Shown here: positions 21,567 to 30,929 of the stretch, one piece after another | Layout of the letters: each line of letters starts with the position of its first letter | How positions within the stretch are numbered: position 1 is the first letter of the stretch | Assembly: GCA_000004985.1 (NCBI GenBank) | Contig: GG738907.1 | Strand: one strand, 5' to 3' | Origin: Naegleria gruberi | Lineage: Eukaryota | Length of the DNA: 64,000 nt | Notes under the pieces: model-generated | Database searches by the model: none | What the model saw: the letters and a program-made list of their open reading frames with translations, nothing else | Told to the model about the DNA's origin: nothing | Position numbers and translations under genes: made by a program

Positions 21567-24215
21567 ATGGTCAGATTTTCATCTTCCGAATTGTTTTCAG
21601 CCTTTTCTTCTGATGAAGAAAGTCAGGTTGCCGATCCTGCAGCACTTGACTTGATAGAGGGTGAATTGTCTGATGATGAAGAGGTAATACAAAATGCTTT
21701 TGATCAACATGCAATTCCTGTTCAATTCAAATCACAAAAGAAGAAGAAAATTAAAAGAAAACAAAAGACTGTAAAAAAGGAAAAGCAAATTATTTATGAA
21801 TTTGAAGAACAAGTATCAGCTCCAAAGGTTGTCAAGTCAACTGTGGAAAAACAAAATAATCAACAAGAGAAGGGATTGTTGGATGAGGTTAGGTTCAATT
21901 TTCCGATATGCTTTTCTAAAAATTTGTGGAAAGACGTAGTTCCAGAACAGATTACAACTTATCAAGTTGATTCAAATTATATTTCAGATGTTATGGACAT
22001 TTCATTTAATTATCATAGATTGAGCGAGGCCAGAAGTAAGATATTTAAAGAACCTTTCAAGAATTTCACAGAAGCTGTTGAAGAGCTAGTTAGAATTCCT
22101 CGATTTAGAGAAAGAACAACTTCCAGAAAGCTCAATTCCTCCTCCACAAATCTCCTTTCACAATCCAGAAGTATTGAAAGGAAGATTTTCAGTTGTGTGG
22201 CTCACAACTTTTCTTACATTTTAGAAAAGAAAGAGAATACCTTGCATTTTCTTATTTATGATAGCGCAAGAAATACTCTAGTAGATTATTTGAATTTTGA
22301 AAAGTTGTTTTTCCTCAAAGGAAAGCACAGTATGATCAAACTTGATTTGGAATTTAATTCTGATTACAAAATCGCAAAGTTCGCTGATAATATACTCATA
22401 TTTTGTGGAGATCATTCACTTACCGAGTCCGAATATTTAGAACAAGGAGAGGTTGAAAATGCACACTTTAGTGCTCATGATAGGGTTCAATTTCGTAATA
22501 TCAAGGCCGATGAAATGATAATTTATAAGATTATCAAGGTCGACACACCAAAGGAGATTGCAATTGTCCCATGTTTTTCAATTAATAAGGACGGCGATAA
22601 CTGTATCACCAAGAGAAGCGACTACTCGGTCAATTCTACTAATGGCTCTTTCATATACGTCTTTGGAGGTGTAGAAAAGAATGGAAAATTATCTAATGCT
22701 CTCTTTATGCTTACTAGAAGTACCACTCATAATGGAAGACTTGACAGCCGTCTTCAAAACAATGAATGTGCTCCTTGCCCAAGATACAAACACTCCTCTT
22801 GTATGATTATCTCTGATTTGTTTATTTATGGAGGTATTGGAGAGAATGGAAAAGTATTGAATGACTTGTACAGATTCAAGGATGGAAAATGGGTTGAAAT
22901 TATTGTTGATTCTCTACTTCCTTCTCCTACTGCAGATTGTTCTCTATTTTCAGATTCGAGAAACGTGTACCTATTCCAGAAGAATTCTGACAGCTATTGT
23001 ATTGAGGTTAATGAAAAAAACCCAAGTTGGAAAATTCTTAATGGTTTGATTAAAGAGAAGAGAGATGGGCAACCTCCAATCAAAATAGATGCAACCAGTA
23101 GTATTTTTGAGTTGAGTGATGAAGGGTTACACTTTTGTCCAAAGTATCTTTTTGATTTCCGTTCTCAAAGAACTTCCCTTCCACAATTCTTGATGGAAAA
23201 GAGAAATGAATACTATATGGTAGATATGGCTTTCAAATTGGAAGACTCTCTCAATGATTTGTCTGATTACATTCTCGCCCACAAATGTGTCATACTTGCT
23301 AGATGTCCTGGTTTGTATAAATACATTGAAGAAACAAATCAAGAATTAGAGAAGGAAGAATTTATTGGAGTAATTTTCCCAAATGATGATAAGGCAACAA
23401 TTCCACTTGTAAGAGTATTACCAGGTTATGAACCTGTTTTCAAAACATATTTGGACTTTTTGTATTGTGGAGAAATTATTGTCACTGAAGCAAAGAATGT
23501 GCCTCTCTTGTTAGATTTAGCAAGAATTCTCTCTCCAGAGAGCCATTATCCATTCTTTTTGAAGCTTTTCAATAAGAGCACCAAGATTGATATGTCGTTG
23601 TGTAGAGAATCAATAAGAGAATATGAGAAGAATTTTGAAAATCTCTTCAAAAATAACACTGGCTCAGATTTAGCACTAGTATTTCCAGATAGTCATCCAA
23701 ATATTGAACTCGATGACTGTGGAATGGTTGCTGATCAAGAAAAAATTCCTACAGGAGCACTCAATGTTCACAGACTATTCCTCTCCAGAAGTCCATATCT
23801 TTCCAGAGTATTCGTTACAAGTAGAATGTCTGAAGCAATGTCCAATGTTGTCTATATGGAGGAGTATTCATATGATGCCTTTAAAAAGATGGTCGAATTT
23901 TTCTATACAGACAAAATTCAGTTGGATGGCCAGAATTGTCTTGCAACCTTAATTTATTCTTCCTTGTTTGAATGTGAGGATTTACTTTCTTGTTCTAGAT
24001 CTGTTGCCACAGAATTGATCGATACTGCTACCGTCTGGGCTGTCATGGGTATTGCTCTACATTATCAAGATCCAGGCCTTCAAATTGCATGTGAGGATTA
24101 TATTATTAAGAACAACTCTCTAATGGATACAAGAGATTTTCATGAACTTCCAAAAGATGCCAAAAGAAGAATCAAGGAACAATTCAAAAAGAAAAAGCCA
24201 AACAAAAAGAAATAA
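21567..24215 (+). CDS. Kelch-repeat + two BTB/POZ domain protein
   Basis: ATG at 21567. Kelch-like blades YVFGGVEKNGKLSNALFML and LFIYGGIGENGKVLNDLYRFKDGKWVEI. BTB 1 reads DYILAHKCVILARCPGLYKYI. BTB 2 reads LNVHRLFLSRSPYLSRVFVT...FKKMVEFFYTDKIQL. Confidence 0.6.
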   Translation: MVRFSSSELFSAFSSDEESQVADPAALDLIEGELSDDEEVIQNAFDQHAIPVQFKSQKKKKIKRKQKTVKKEKQIIYEFEEQVSAPKVVKSTVEKQNNQQEKGLLDEVRFNFPICFSKNLWKDVVPEQITTYQVDSNYISDVMDISFNYHRLSEARSKIFKEPFKNFTEAVEELVRIPRFRERTTSRKLNSSSTNLLSQSRSIERKIFSCVAHNFSYILEKKENTLHFLIYDSARNTLVDYLNFEKLFFLKGKHSMIKLDLEFNSDYKIAKFADNILIFCGDHSLTESEYLEQGEVENAHFSAHDRVQFRNIKADEMIIYKIIKVDTPKEIAIVPCFSINKDGDNCITKRSDYSVNSTNGSFIYVFGGVEKNGKLSNALFMLTRSTTHNGRLDSRLQNNECAPCPRYKHSSCMIISDLFIYGGIGENGKVLNDLYRFKDGKWVEIIVDSLLPSPTADCSLFSDSRNVYLFQKNSDSYCIEVNEKNPSWKILNGLIKEKRDGQPPIKIDATSSIFELSDEGLHFCPKYLFDFRSQRTSLPQFLMEKRNEYYMVDMAFKLEDSLNDLSDYILAHKCVILARCPGLYKYIEETNQELEKEEFIGVIFPNDDKATIPLVRVLPGYEPVFKTYLDFLYCGEIIVTEAKNVPLLLDLARILSPESHYPFFLKLFNKSTKIDMSLCRESIREYEKNFENLFKNNTGSDLALVFPDSHPNIELDDCGMVADQEKIPTGALNVHRLFLSRSPYLSRVFVTSRMSEAMSNVVYMEEYSYDAFKKMVEFFYTDKIQLDGQNCLATLIYSSLFECEDLLSCSRSVATELIDTATVWAVMGIALHYQDPGLQIACEDYIIKNNSLMDTRDFHELPKDAKRRIKEQFKKKKPNKKK

Positions 24216-24281
24216 ATCACTGAAACCTCCTGTCACACTCAAACGATTTATTAACAACATTATCTTGGAACAACTTGAATC

Positions 24282-24512
24282 TCATCCACCTCTCAAACTC
24301 AAAATCAAGGAAATGGTACTATCCTGTTTCATTTCATAATCTTGAATTGTTTTTCCATCTTCAAGTTTTTTGCCATTTAAAATCATTCGTTGACTTGGTG
24401 GTGGGATTCCCAGTTTTTCGTTCACCAGTTCTTTAATTTTTTCGATAGTGTCTGTGCATTCTACTTCGATAGGTACGGAATGACCTGATAGGGTCTTGAT
24501 AAATAGTTGCAT
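24282..24512 (-). CDS. 76-aa ubiquitin-like protein ending exactly in ...LRGG-stop
   Basis: ATG (rc) at 24510-24512. MQLFIKTLSGHSVPIEVECTDTIEKIKELVNEKLGIPPPSQRMILNGKKLEDGKTIQDYEMKQDSTISLILSLRGG. It has a beta-grasp ubiquitin pattern but is clearly not ubiquitin itself. Confidence 0.55.
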   Translation of the reverse strand: MQLFIKTLSGHSVPIEVECTDTIEKIKELVNEKLGIPPPSQRMILNGKKLEDGKTIQDYEMKQDSTISLILSLRGG

Positions 24513-24597
24513 TTTTTATCGTGTTTTAATAGGATAATAATAAACATGAACTTTGTTCAGAAAAAAGAAACTAAACCCTTAAAAATTAAAACGGAAA

Positions 24598-24670
24598 CCC
24601 CCACCGTGGGGGTCGAACCCACGACCACAAGGTTAAGAGCCTTGCGCTCTACCGACTGAGCTAGACGGGC
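24598..24670 (-). tRNA. tRNA-Lys (anticodon CTT)
   Basis: The reverse complement is GCCCGTCTAGCTCAGTCGGTAGAGCGCAAGGCTCTTAACCTTGTGGTCGTGGGTTCGACCCCCACGGTGGGGG. The cloverleaf is canonical (D-loop AGTCGGTA, T-loop TTCGACC, anticodon loop CTCTTAA), and a T-run follows. Position 1:72 is a G:G mismatch. Confidence 0.8.
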
Positions 24671-24771
24671 TACATTGTATGATAATAAGAAAAAGAATAA
24701 GTAATCATAAGTCTGTCTGAATACTGTTAAACTCATTTTTTAAAAATTAATAAAAAAATAAATTCAAAAAA

Positions 24772-26133
24772 ATGTTTCCAACGGCCCACAACAATAATGC
24801 TGGTGGTAACATGATGCAAACGAACAATAATCCAGGAGCATCATCATCAGTGGCCACTAATGGAGCATCCAATCAACTACCACCACCGGAACAAGGTTAT
24901 CTTTCTCAACCTAATATGCCTATGGGCATAAACTATCCTATCCCACAACACCCTAATTATCATAGTACCAACTCGTATCAAACACCACTGATGTCCCACA
25001 ATAATCCACCAACACCATCCAAGTCGAATACATCACAGGGAATGATTAATCCTTCTACTGGACAACAAACTATGGAAAATCAAACTTCAGTTCCTCCTCA
25101 TCAACCATATCAACCACAACCATTGGTGCACAATTCACCAGGAAAGGCAGGATATTATTCTGCTCCAAATGCTGGTATTGCATCATCAAGTAATCAAAAT
25201 ATACCTCCTCAATATGTTGTAGATAATCATCAACATGGTTACACTGTTGTGGATCATCAAAATGTTGCTCCAACTTCTGTTAATCAAGTGGAAGCAACAA
25301 TTGAGGAACCTAGGACAAGAGCAAGTGATGAACCACAACTTGTATTTTCTTGTAAACATTGCCGAACAATATTTATTGATAGTAATGCTCTATTTTTCAA
25401 TGGTGAGGAACATGGAATTATTACATTCTTGAAAGTACACAAGGTGGAAGTAAGAGAAAATGTACAAATTGCACCAAATGATAGATTTGATGCTGGAAGT
25501 AATTACTATCCATTATTTTGTAAACAATGTCAAACACTTGTTGGAAGAAAATATTTAATGAGTGACAAGTCACCAATTGTAGATATTATTGGATATTACA
25601 CTTTGGATATTGATGCATTATCTCTGTATGAAATGTGGACTGCTGAACAAGAAACTGGAGAAATTCAAGGAGGTCACATCGATAACATTAAATCAATTCC
25701 AACCAACAGATCAATCATGAAAGAAATTACGTTATTGAAAAATGCTCTATTAATGTTACAACACAATCAATCATCTCAAGGTAAAGAAATACATCTCCTC
25801 AAACAAGAAATTAATGGAACTGTGGATAAGAATGATAGTGTTAAAAAGATACCTGAATTAATTCAAAAAATGGCACGCATTGAAAAGGAACTGAACATAT
25901 CCCAAGAGGAACAAAAGAAAATTTCACACATAAACAGAAGATTAAATAATGAAGTTGGGCATATCAAGAAGGAAACCGGCATCACTCCCTTGGGAACAGA
26001 ACCTATTAAGCCACCACCACCAACCAACCAACCATCAAACAAAAAGAGAGCTAGTATGGGCAGCACAACAGCAGCCATTGAAAGTTCTCACACACCAGAA
26101 ACCACCAACTCTAAGAAAAAGAAGACTAAATAA
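24772..26133 (+). CDS. Protein with Q/N/P-rich N-terminus, a Yippee/Mis18-type zinc-binding domain (CxxC...CxxC) and a C-terminal coiled coil
   Basis: ATG at 24772. FSCKHCRTIFIDSNALFFNGEEHGIITF...LFCKQCQTLVGRKYL matches the Yippee-like pattern. The C-terminal heptads are ITLLKNALLMLQHNQSSQGKEIHLLKQEIN. Confidence 0.4.
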   Translation: MFPTAHNNNAGGNMMQTNNNPGASSSVATNGASNQLPPPEQGYLSQPNMPMGINYPIPQHPNYHSTNSYQTPLMSHNNPPTPSKSNTSQGMINPSTGQQTMENQTSVPPHQPYQPQPLVHNSPGKAGYYSAPNAGIASSSNQNIPPQYVVDNHQHGYTVVDHQNVAPTSVNQVEATIEEPRTRASDEPQLVFSCKHCRTIFIDSNALFFNGEEHGIITFLKVHKVEVRENVQIAPNDRFDAGSNYYPLFCKQCQTLVGRKYLMSDKSPIVDIIGYYTLDIDALSLYEMWTAEQETGEIQGGHIDNIKSIPTNRSIMKEITLLKNALLMLQHNQSSQGKEIHLLKQEINGTVDKNDSVKKIPELIQKMARIEKELNISQEEQKKISHINRRLNNEVGHIKKETGITPLGTEPIKPPPPTNQPSNKKRASMGSTTAAIESSHTPETTNSKKKKTK

Positions 26134-26251
26134 ATTTTCACTAGTGTAAATCCTCCAATAACATATATTCTTTTAAAACTTTTCAAATTTCAAGTCATTT
26201 TACAATTAATTCTTAAATTTCAAAAAAATCAAATTTAATAATTAAAAAAAA

Positions 26252-27214
26252 ATGTTCAAACAAGCAATCAAGCAAACCTCATCACTTTCATCATCATTTG
26301 CTTTCCGTAATAGCTTCCTCCTCTCCGTAAAGAGATGTTTCTCAACATCTTCCCTCCAGGATTGTATCCTCAAATTACCAGATCCTGTTACTAATCCTTC
26401 CGTAGCTGTTCTCTCATTCAATAGACAACAACAACGTAATGCATTGGGAGTTAATATGGTCAATGAATTGCTCTCTTGTTTGGAATTTATTAAATTTAAT
26501 CATACTGAACAAGGAATTCGTTGTTTGATTATTAATAGTGCTGTCAAGGGAACTTTCTGTGCTGGAGCCGATTTAAAGGAACGATCACAAATGACACAAA
26601 CACAAACTAGTCAATTTGTTACAAAACTTAGAAATTTGATGAATGATATTGAAAATTTACCAATTCCAACCATTGCTGCTATTAATGGTTATTGTTTAGG
26701 AGGTGGAATGGAATTGTCACTTGCTTGTGACTTTAGAGTTGGTGTTCAAAATAAGGATGTGGAATTGGAAAAATTACCAGGATATTATGGATTAGTTGAA
26801 ACTGCATTGGCTATTATTCCAGGTGCTGGTGGTACTCAAAGATTGCCAAGATTGATTGGTGTTCCAAAAGCTAAGGAATTGATTTATACTGCCAAGAAGA
26901 TTAACGTCCAAGAAGCTTATGAAAAGTATGGAATTTTGAATGATGTTTTAATTGTTGATTCTTCAAATGTTGCCAATGAAGATCAATTACTCATCGATTT
27001 TTGTGTTGAAAAGTATGGTAAACCAATTTCACAAAATGGCCCAATTGCTGTCAAGATGGCCAAGCAATCAATTCAACAAGGAATTCAACTTGATCTTGCC
27101 AATGCCATGAAAACTGAAGAACTCTGTTATGCTCAAGTTATTCCAACAAAGGATCGTATTGAAGGTTTGACTGCTTTCAGAGAAAAGAGAAAGCCAGTTT
27201 ACAAGGGAGAATAA
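26252..27214 (+). CDS. Enoyl-CoA hydratase/isomerase (crotonase) family protein, probably mitochondrial (methylglutaconyl-CoA hydratase-like)
   Basis: ATG at 26252. Crotonase signature GTFCAGADLKER...AAINGYCLGGGMELSLACDFRV...ALAIIPGAGGTQRLPRLIG. The N-terminal presequence is targeting-like. Confidence 0.8.
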   Translation: MFKQAIKQTSSLSSSFAFRNSFLLSVKRCFSTSSLQDCILKLPDPVTNPSVAVLSFNRQQQRNALGVNMVNELLSCLEFIKFNHTEQGIRCLIINSAVKGTFCAGADLKERSQMTQTQTSQFVTKLRNLMNDIENLPIPTIAAINGYCLGGGMELSLACDFRVGVQNKDVELEKLPGYYGLVETALAIIPGAGGTQRLPRLIGVPKAKELIYTAKKINVQEAYEKYGILNDVLIVDSSNVANEDQLLIDFCVEKYGKPISQNGPIAVKMAKQSIQQGIQLDLANAMKTEELCYAQVIPTKDRIEGLTAFREKRKPVYKGE

Positions 27215-27215
27215 A

Positions 27216-30200
27216 TTATTTATTTTGTGGAAGTTTGGATTTTTCGTCGTTTGTCAAATTTTGAGTGTCAACAAGTAATTCAGTAAGGTGAGTATTGCTT
27301 TGAGCAGCAGAAACAATGGTACTGAGTCCAGAAGCAGTAAATCCAGTTCCAGTCAAATCCAAAGTCTTGAGAGCAACATTATTCTTTACGAGTTCAACAA
27401 CAAGAGGTGCACTTTCATCAGTGATGAGTGGATTGTTTGACAAGTCCAACTTGGAAATGTGGCTGTTTGGTTTGACATTTTGTAAAACAACTCTAGCAAC
27501 ATCATCGTCACAACCCTTATTCTTCAATGAAACAGACTTTAAAGTTGTTGCATATTCAAGAAGGTAGCCAAAGTCTTGTAATTGTTCTCTATCTAAATAT
27601 CTCAATTCGAGGATAATTCCATCAAAGTCCATATCTGGAGTTTCACCATTTTCAGCAGCATCCAAAATATCATCAAATTCTACAAGATTGACATATGACT
27701 TGGTTGAGCTAGTTTCACTGACAGCAGCTGGAGAAAGGTCTTCGTTAGAAGTTTGTTCTATCATCTTTTCCTCCGATTCATTCTGTTGTTGGAAAATAGT
27801 TTCCTGTAATTTGGTTTGAGTCTCAAGAGATGAGATTTGAGTCAACATTGCTGACTTTTCCTTTTCAAATTCAATTTGAGTTTCGCTTAATTGTTGAGAG
27901 GAAATTTCAACTTGTTTGGCCAAATGTTCAACCCTTTGTTGCATTTCATTCAATTCTGATTCCTTACCGTTCAAGGTAGTATTCAATTCATCCAAGGATT
28001 GTTTGAGCTTGTTGTTTTCATCAACTTGGTTATCCAAAGAGTGTTGATTTGACTTTGTTTCTTCAGAGGCCTTTTCAACTTGTTGAGTCAACTCAGCAAT
28101 CTTTTCATTCAAAGTCTTGAGGTTATTTTCAGATTGGTTAATTTCATCTTCCTTCTTCTTGAGTGATTCCTTCAATTCAGTAACAGTATTAGAAAGATCA
28201 GAAGCAGATGATTCCTTTTCCTTGTTCAAGACATCAATTTGTTGTTTGAGAGTTTCAGCAGTCTTCTTTTCATTGGAGAGCTCTTCAGTGAGAGATTTGA
28301 CAGATTCAACCGTATTCTTCAATTCAGTGCCATTCTTTTCCAATTCAGAGGCCTTTTCCTCGAGTTGCTTCTTGATAGATTGCAATTCTTGTTCGAGAGT
28401 CTTGCTTTGAGTTTCAAGAGCAGATTCTTGCTTCTTGGAGGATTCCAATTGAGTAGTGATTTCTTCAACTTGCTTCTTGTATTCATCGATCTTAGCATTG
28501 GTAGTCTTGAGTGTTGATTGACTTTCTTCGAGTTGCTTTTCAACTTGTTGCAATTGACTCTTCAAAGTTTCAACTTGTTCATTGGATGAGGAGCTGGTAG
28601 TCTTGAGAGATTCTTCAAGCTTGGCAAACTTTTCACTTTGTTCTGTGAGTTGTTGAGTGAGAGCTTGAACTTGAGAAGTCTTGGATTGAGTTTCTTCTTC
28701 CAAACTCTTCTTCAATTCTTGAATGTGAGATTCCAATTCTTGGCTCTTCTTAGTGGCAGCATTCAATGCTTCAACAGTTTCAGTGGATGTCTTCTTTTCA
28801 GCATCGAGTTGAGTCTTGACATTATTCAAATCGGTTTGAGAAGTTTCAACTTGTTGAGCGAGTTCCTTCAATTGCTTTTCCTTTTCGGCAATATCTTGTT
28901 CGAGCTTGGTTGCCTTATCAGCGAGTGAGTTCTTTTCTGATTGGAGAGTTTCCAATGAAGATGAAACCTCAGAGTGATTCTTGAGTTGGGATTCAAGGGT
29001 GGAAATTTGAGATTGAAGCTTGGTCAAGTCGGTTTCCTTTTCCTTTTGAGCATTTTCCAATTGTGATTGCAAATCTTGAACCTTTTGAGAGAGTTCAGAA
29101 TTTTGAGTGGCAGCTTGTTGACTCTTGTTTGATGATTCAGCAAGATCTTCCTTCAACTTGTCAGCTTGCTTTTGTAATTCAGCCTTTTCAGAGTTGGCAG
29201 TTTCCAATTTCTTGGAAAGTTCTTCCTTCTCATTTTCAATGGTTTTAACAGCAGATGAAGCATTTTCCTTTGATTCTTCAATGGTCTTTTGAAGAGTTTG
29301 CAAGGTAGATAAAGTAGCTTCATTTTCACTCTTAATCTTGTTCAAATCATCGGCCAACTTGTTCTTTTCATTTTCCAAAGATTGCTTGGTTTGATTGATT
29401 TCTTCTTCCTTTTGCTTGATACTTTCCAAGAGTTTGGAATTATCTGTAGAAAGATTGGAAACTTGTTCTTCGAGAGATTTGGCCTTGGAAACTTGAGATT
29501 CCTTTTCTTGAGTGAGAGTTTGAGAGTTGGCATTCAAGGTGGCAATTTGTTCCTTCAATAAGGTAATTTCCTTTTCCAATGATTCCTTTTCCTTTTGAGT
29601 GGATTCAGAGGATTGGGAGCTAGAATGGATAGTCTTTTCCAATGATTTGATTGTTTCCAAGGATTCATTATATTGAATCTTGACCTTTTCCAATTCAGCA
29701 ATTGACTTTTCAAGGTCACTAACTTGTTTTTCCTTTTCGGAGAGTGAAGCAGCATGTTGAGTGGATTGAGTATTGGCTTGTTCCAATTCTGTCTTGAGAG
29801 TTGAGGACAAGGTTTCAGCTTGAGTAAGCTTTCCATTCAAAGTATTGATATTTTGAGTCAATTCTTCAATTTGAGTCTTGAGAGTGGCAATTTGCTTTTC
29901 ACTTTCAGAGATTGATTCACTGGCATTCTTTTCCTTAGATTGCAAGGATTGGTTCAATTCATCCAATTGCTTTCTCAATGATTCAGCATCTTGTTCCAAC
30001 TTGGCATGAGAAACCTTACTTTCACTCAATTGCTTTTGTAAATCAGATTCGGATTGTTTAGTCTTGTTCAAATCTTCATTGAGCTTTTGAATGTCTTGTT
30101 CCAATGAAGAACCACTTTGTTTGGCATCTTGTTCCAACTTTTTGATTTGAGAATTCAACTTTTCTTCACTTTGCTTTGATTCAGAAAGAGTCAACTTGAG

Positions 30201-30929
30201 TTGTTCAACATTCTTTTCCAATTGTGAAATGGTAGCAGTGTAAGTTTCAACATTGATAGATTGCAATTTCTTTTCTTGCTCTTCGACTTTCTTGTTCAAA
30301 TCTTGAACTACCTTTGAATGGGAATCTTCAACTTGTTTCTTTTCCTTGTTGAGTTTTTGAACAATTTGTTCGGATTCTTCTAATTTCTTCTTCAAATCTT
30401 GAGAAGTTTGATCCAAAGAAGATTTTGCCTTCTTGAGTTGCTCATTCAATTCTTCAATCTTCTTTTCGGAAATTTGAGCTTCCTTCTTCTTGTCATTCAA
30501 AATCTTGTTCTTTTCCTCATCAAGTTTAGTTTGGAATTTCTTTTCCAAATCGGATTCACTCTTCTTTAATGATTCAGTCTCCTTGGAGAGTGTCTTGTTA
30601 AGTTGTTGTTCCTTTACCAATTGTTCATTCAATTCTTGATTTTGCTTTTCCAACAATTTAACAGAATCTTGTTGAGTTTTCAAAGTTTCGACTTGTTTCT
30701 CAACCTTTTCACTTTCTTCTTGAATTTTCTTCTTTTCAGAGTTGACTTTCTCAACTTCCTTTGTTAAAGTTTGGTTTTGTTCAGTCAATTTCGAAACTTT
30801 CTCTTCTAATTTTCCAACTTTATCTTCATCTGGATTTTCTTTCTTTTTATTCTTGGAGAGGAGGAATAAATTTCCAAGACCAACAAGTATTAAAGTAGCC
30901 AACAAAGCAAGAATAGTTGTATCAGCCAT
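27216..30929 (-). CDS. Giant coiled-coil protein with an N-terminal transmembrane anchor and a C-terminal RNI-like LRR module
   Basis: The tool's ORF extends on TTG to 31043. The likely ATG (rc) is at 30927-30929 (MADTTILALLATLILVGLGNLFL, a signal anchor). It is followed by about 1000 aa of E/K/Q/L-rich heptad sequence. The C-terminus reads LKNKGCDDDVARVVLQNV...LDLSNNPLITDESAPLVVELVKNNVALKTLDLTGTGF. Confidence 0.55.
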   Translation of the reverse strand: MADTTILALLATLILVGLGNLFLLSKNKKKENPDEDKVGKLEEKVSKLTEQNQTLTKEVEKVNSEKKKIQEESEKVEKQVETLKTQQDSVKLLEKQNQELNEQLVKEQQLNKTLSKETESLKKSESDLEKKFQTKLDEEKNKILNDKKKEAQISEKKIEELNEQLKKAKSSLDQTSQDLKKKLEESEQIVQKLNKEKKQVEDSHSKVVQDLNKKVEEQEKKLQSINVETYTATISQLEKNVEQLKLTLSESKQSEEKLNSQIKKLEQDAKQSGSSLEQDIQKLNEDLNKTKQSESDLQKQLSESKVSHAKLEQDAESLRKQLDELNQSLQSKEKNASESISESEKQIATLKTQIEELTQNINTLNGKLTQAETLSSTLKTELEQANTQSTQHAASLSEKEKQVSDLEKSIAELEKVKIQYNESLETIKSLEKTIHSSSQSSESTQKEKESLEKEITLLKEQIATLNANSQTLTQEKESQVSKAKSLEEQVSNLSTDNSKLLESIKQKEEEINQTKQSLENEKNKLADDLNKIKSENEATLSTLQTLQKTIEESKENASSAVKTIENEKEELSKKLETANSEKAELQKQADKLKEDLAESSNKSQQAATQNSELSQKVQDLQSQLENAQKEKETDLTKLQSQISTLESQLKNHSEVSSSLETLQSEKNSLADKATKLEQDIAEKEKQLKELAQQVETSQTDLNNVKTQLDAEKKTSTETVEALNAATKKSQELESHIQELKKSLEEETQSKTSQVQALTQQLTEQSEKFAKLEESLKTTSSSSNEQVETLKSQLQQVEKQLEESQSTLKTTNAKIDEYKKQVEEITTQLESSKKQESALETQSKTLEQELQSIKKQLEEKASELEKNGTELKNTVESVKSLTEELSNEKKTAETLKQQIDVLNKEKESSASDLSNTVTELKESLKKKEDEINQSENNLKTLNEKIAELTQQVEKASEETKSNQHSLDNQVDENNKLKQSLDELNTTLNGKESELNEMQQRVEHLAKQVEISSQQLSETQIEFEKEKSAMLTQISSLETQTKLQETIFQQQNESEEKMIEQTSNEDLSPAAVSETSSTKSYVNLVEFDDILDAAENGETPDMDFDGIILELRYLDREQLQDFGYLLEYATTLKSVSLKNKGCDDDVARVVLQNVKPNSHISKLDLSNNPLITDESAPLVVELVKNNVALKTLDLTGTGFTASGLSTIVSAAQSNTHLTELLVDTQNLTNDEKSKLPQNK

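Noticed and set aside
24282-24512. UBL fused to a ribosomal protein (FUBI/S30-type or ubiquitin-L40/S27a-type arrangement)
   Set aside because: A stop codon directly follows the GG. No donor site or basic ribosomal-protein-like extension lies downstream.
28117-29836. Multiple 60-100-aa ORFs on both strands inside 27216..30929
   Set aside because: They sit inside the giant coiled-coil gene. The low-complexity E/K/Q/L coding sequence gives open alternative frames by chance.
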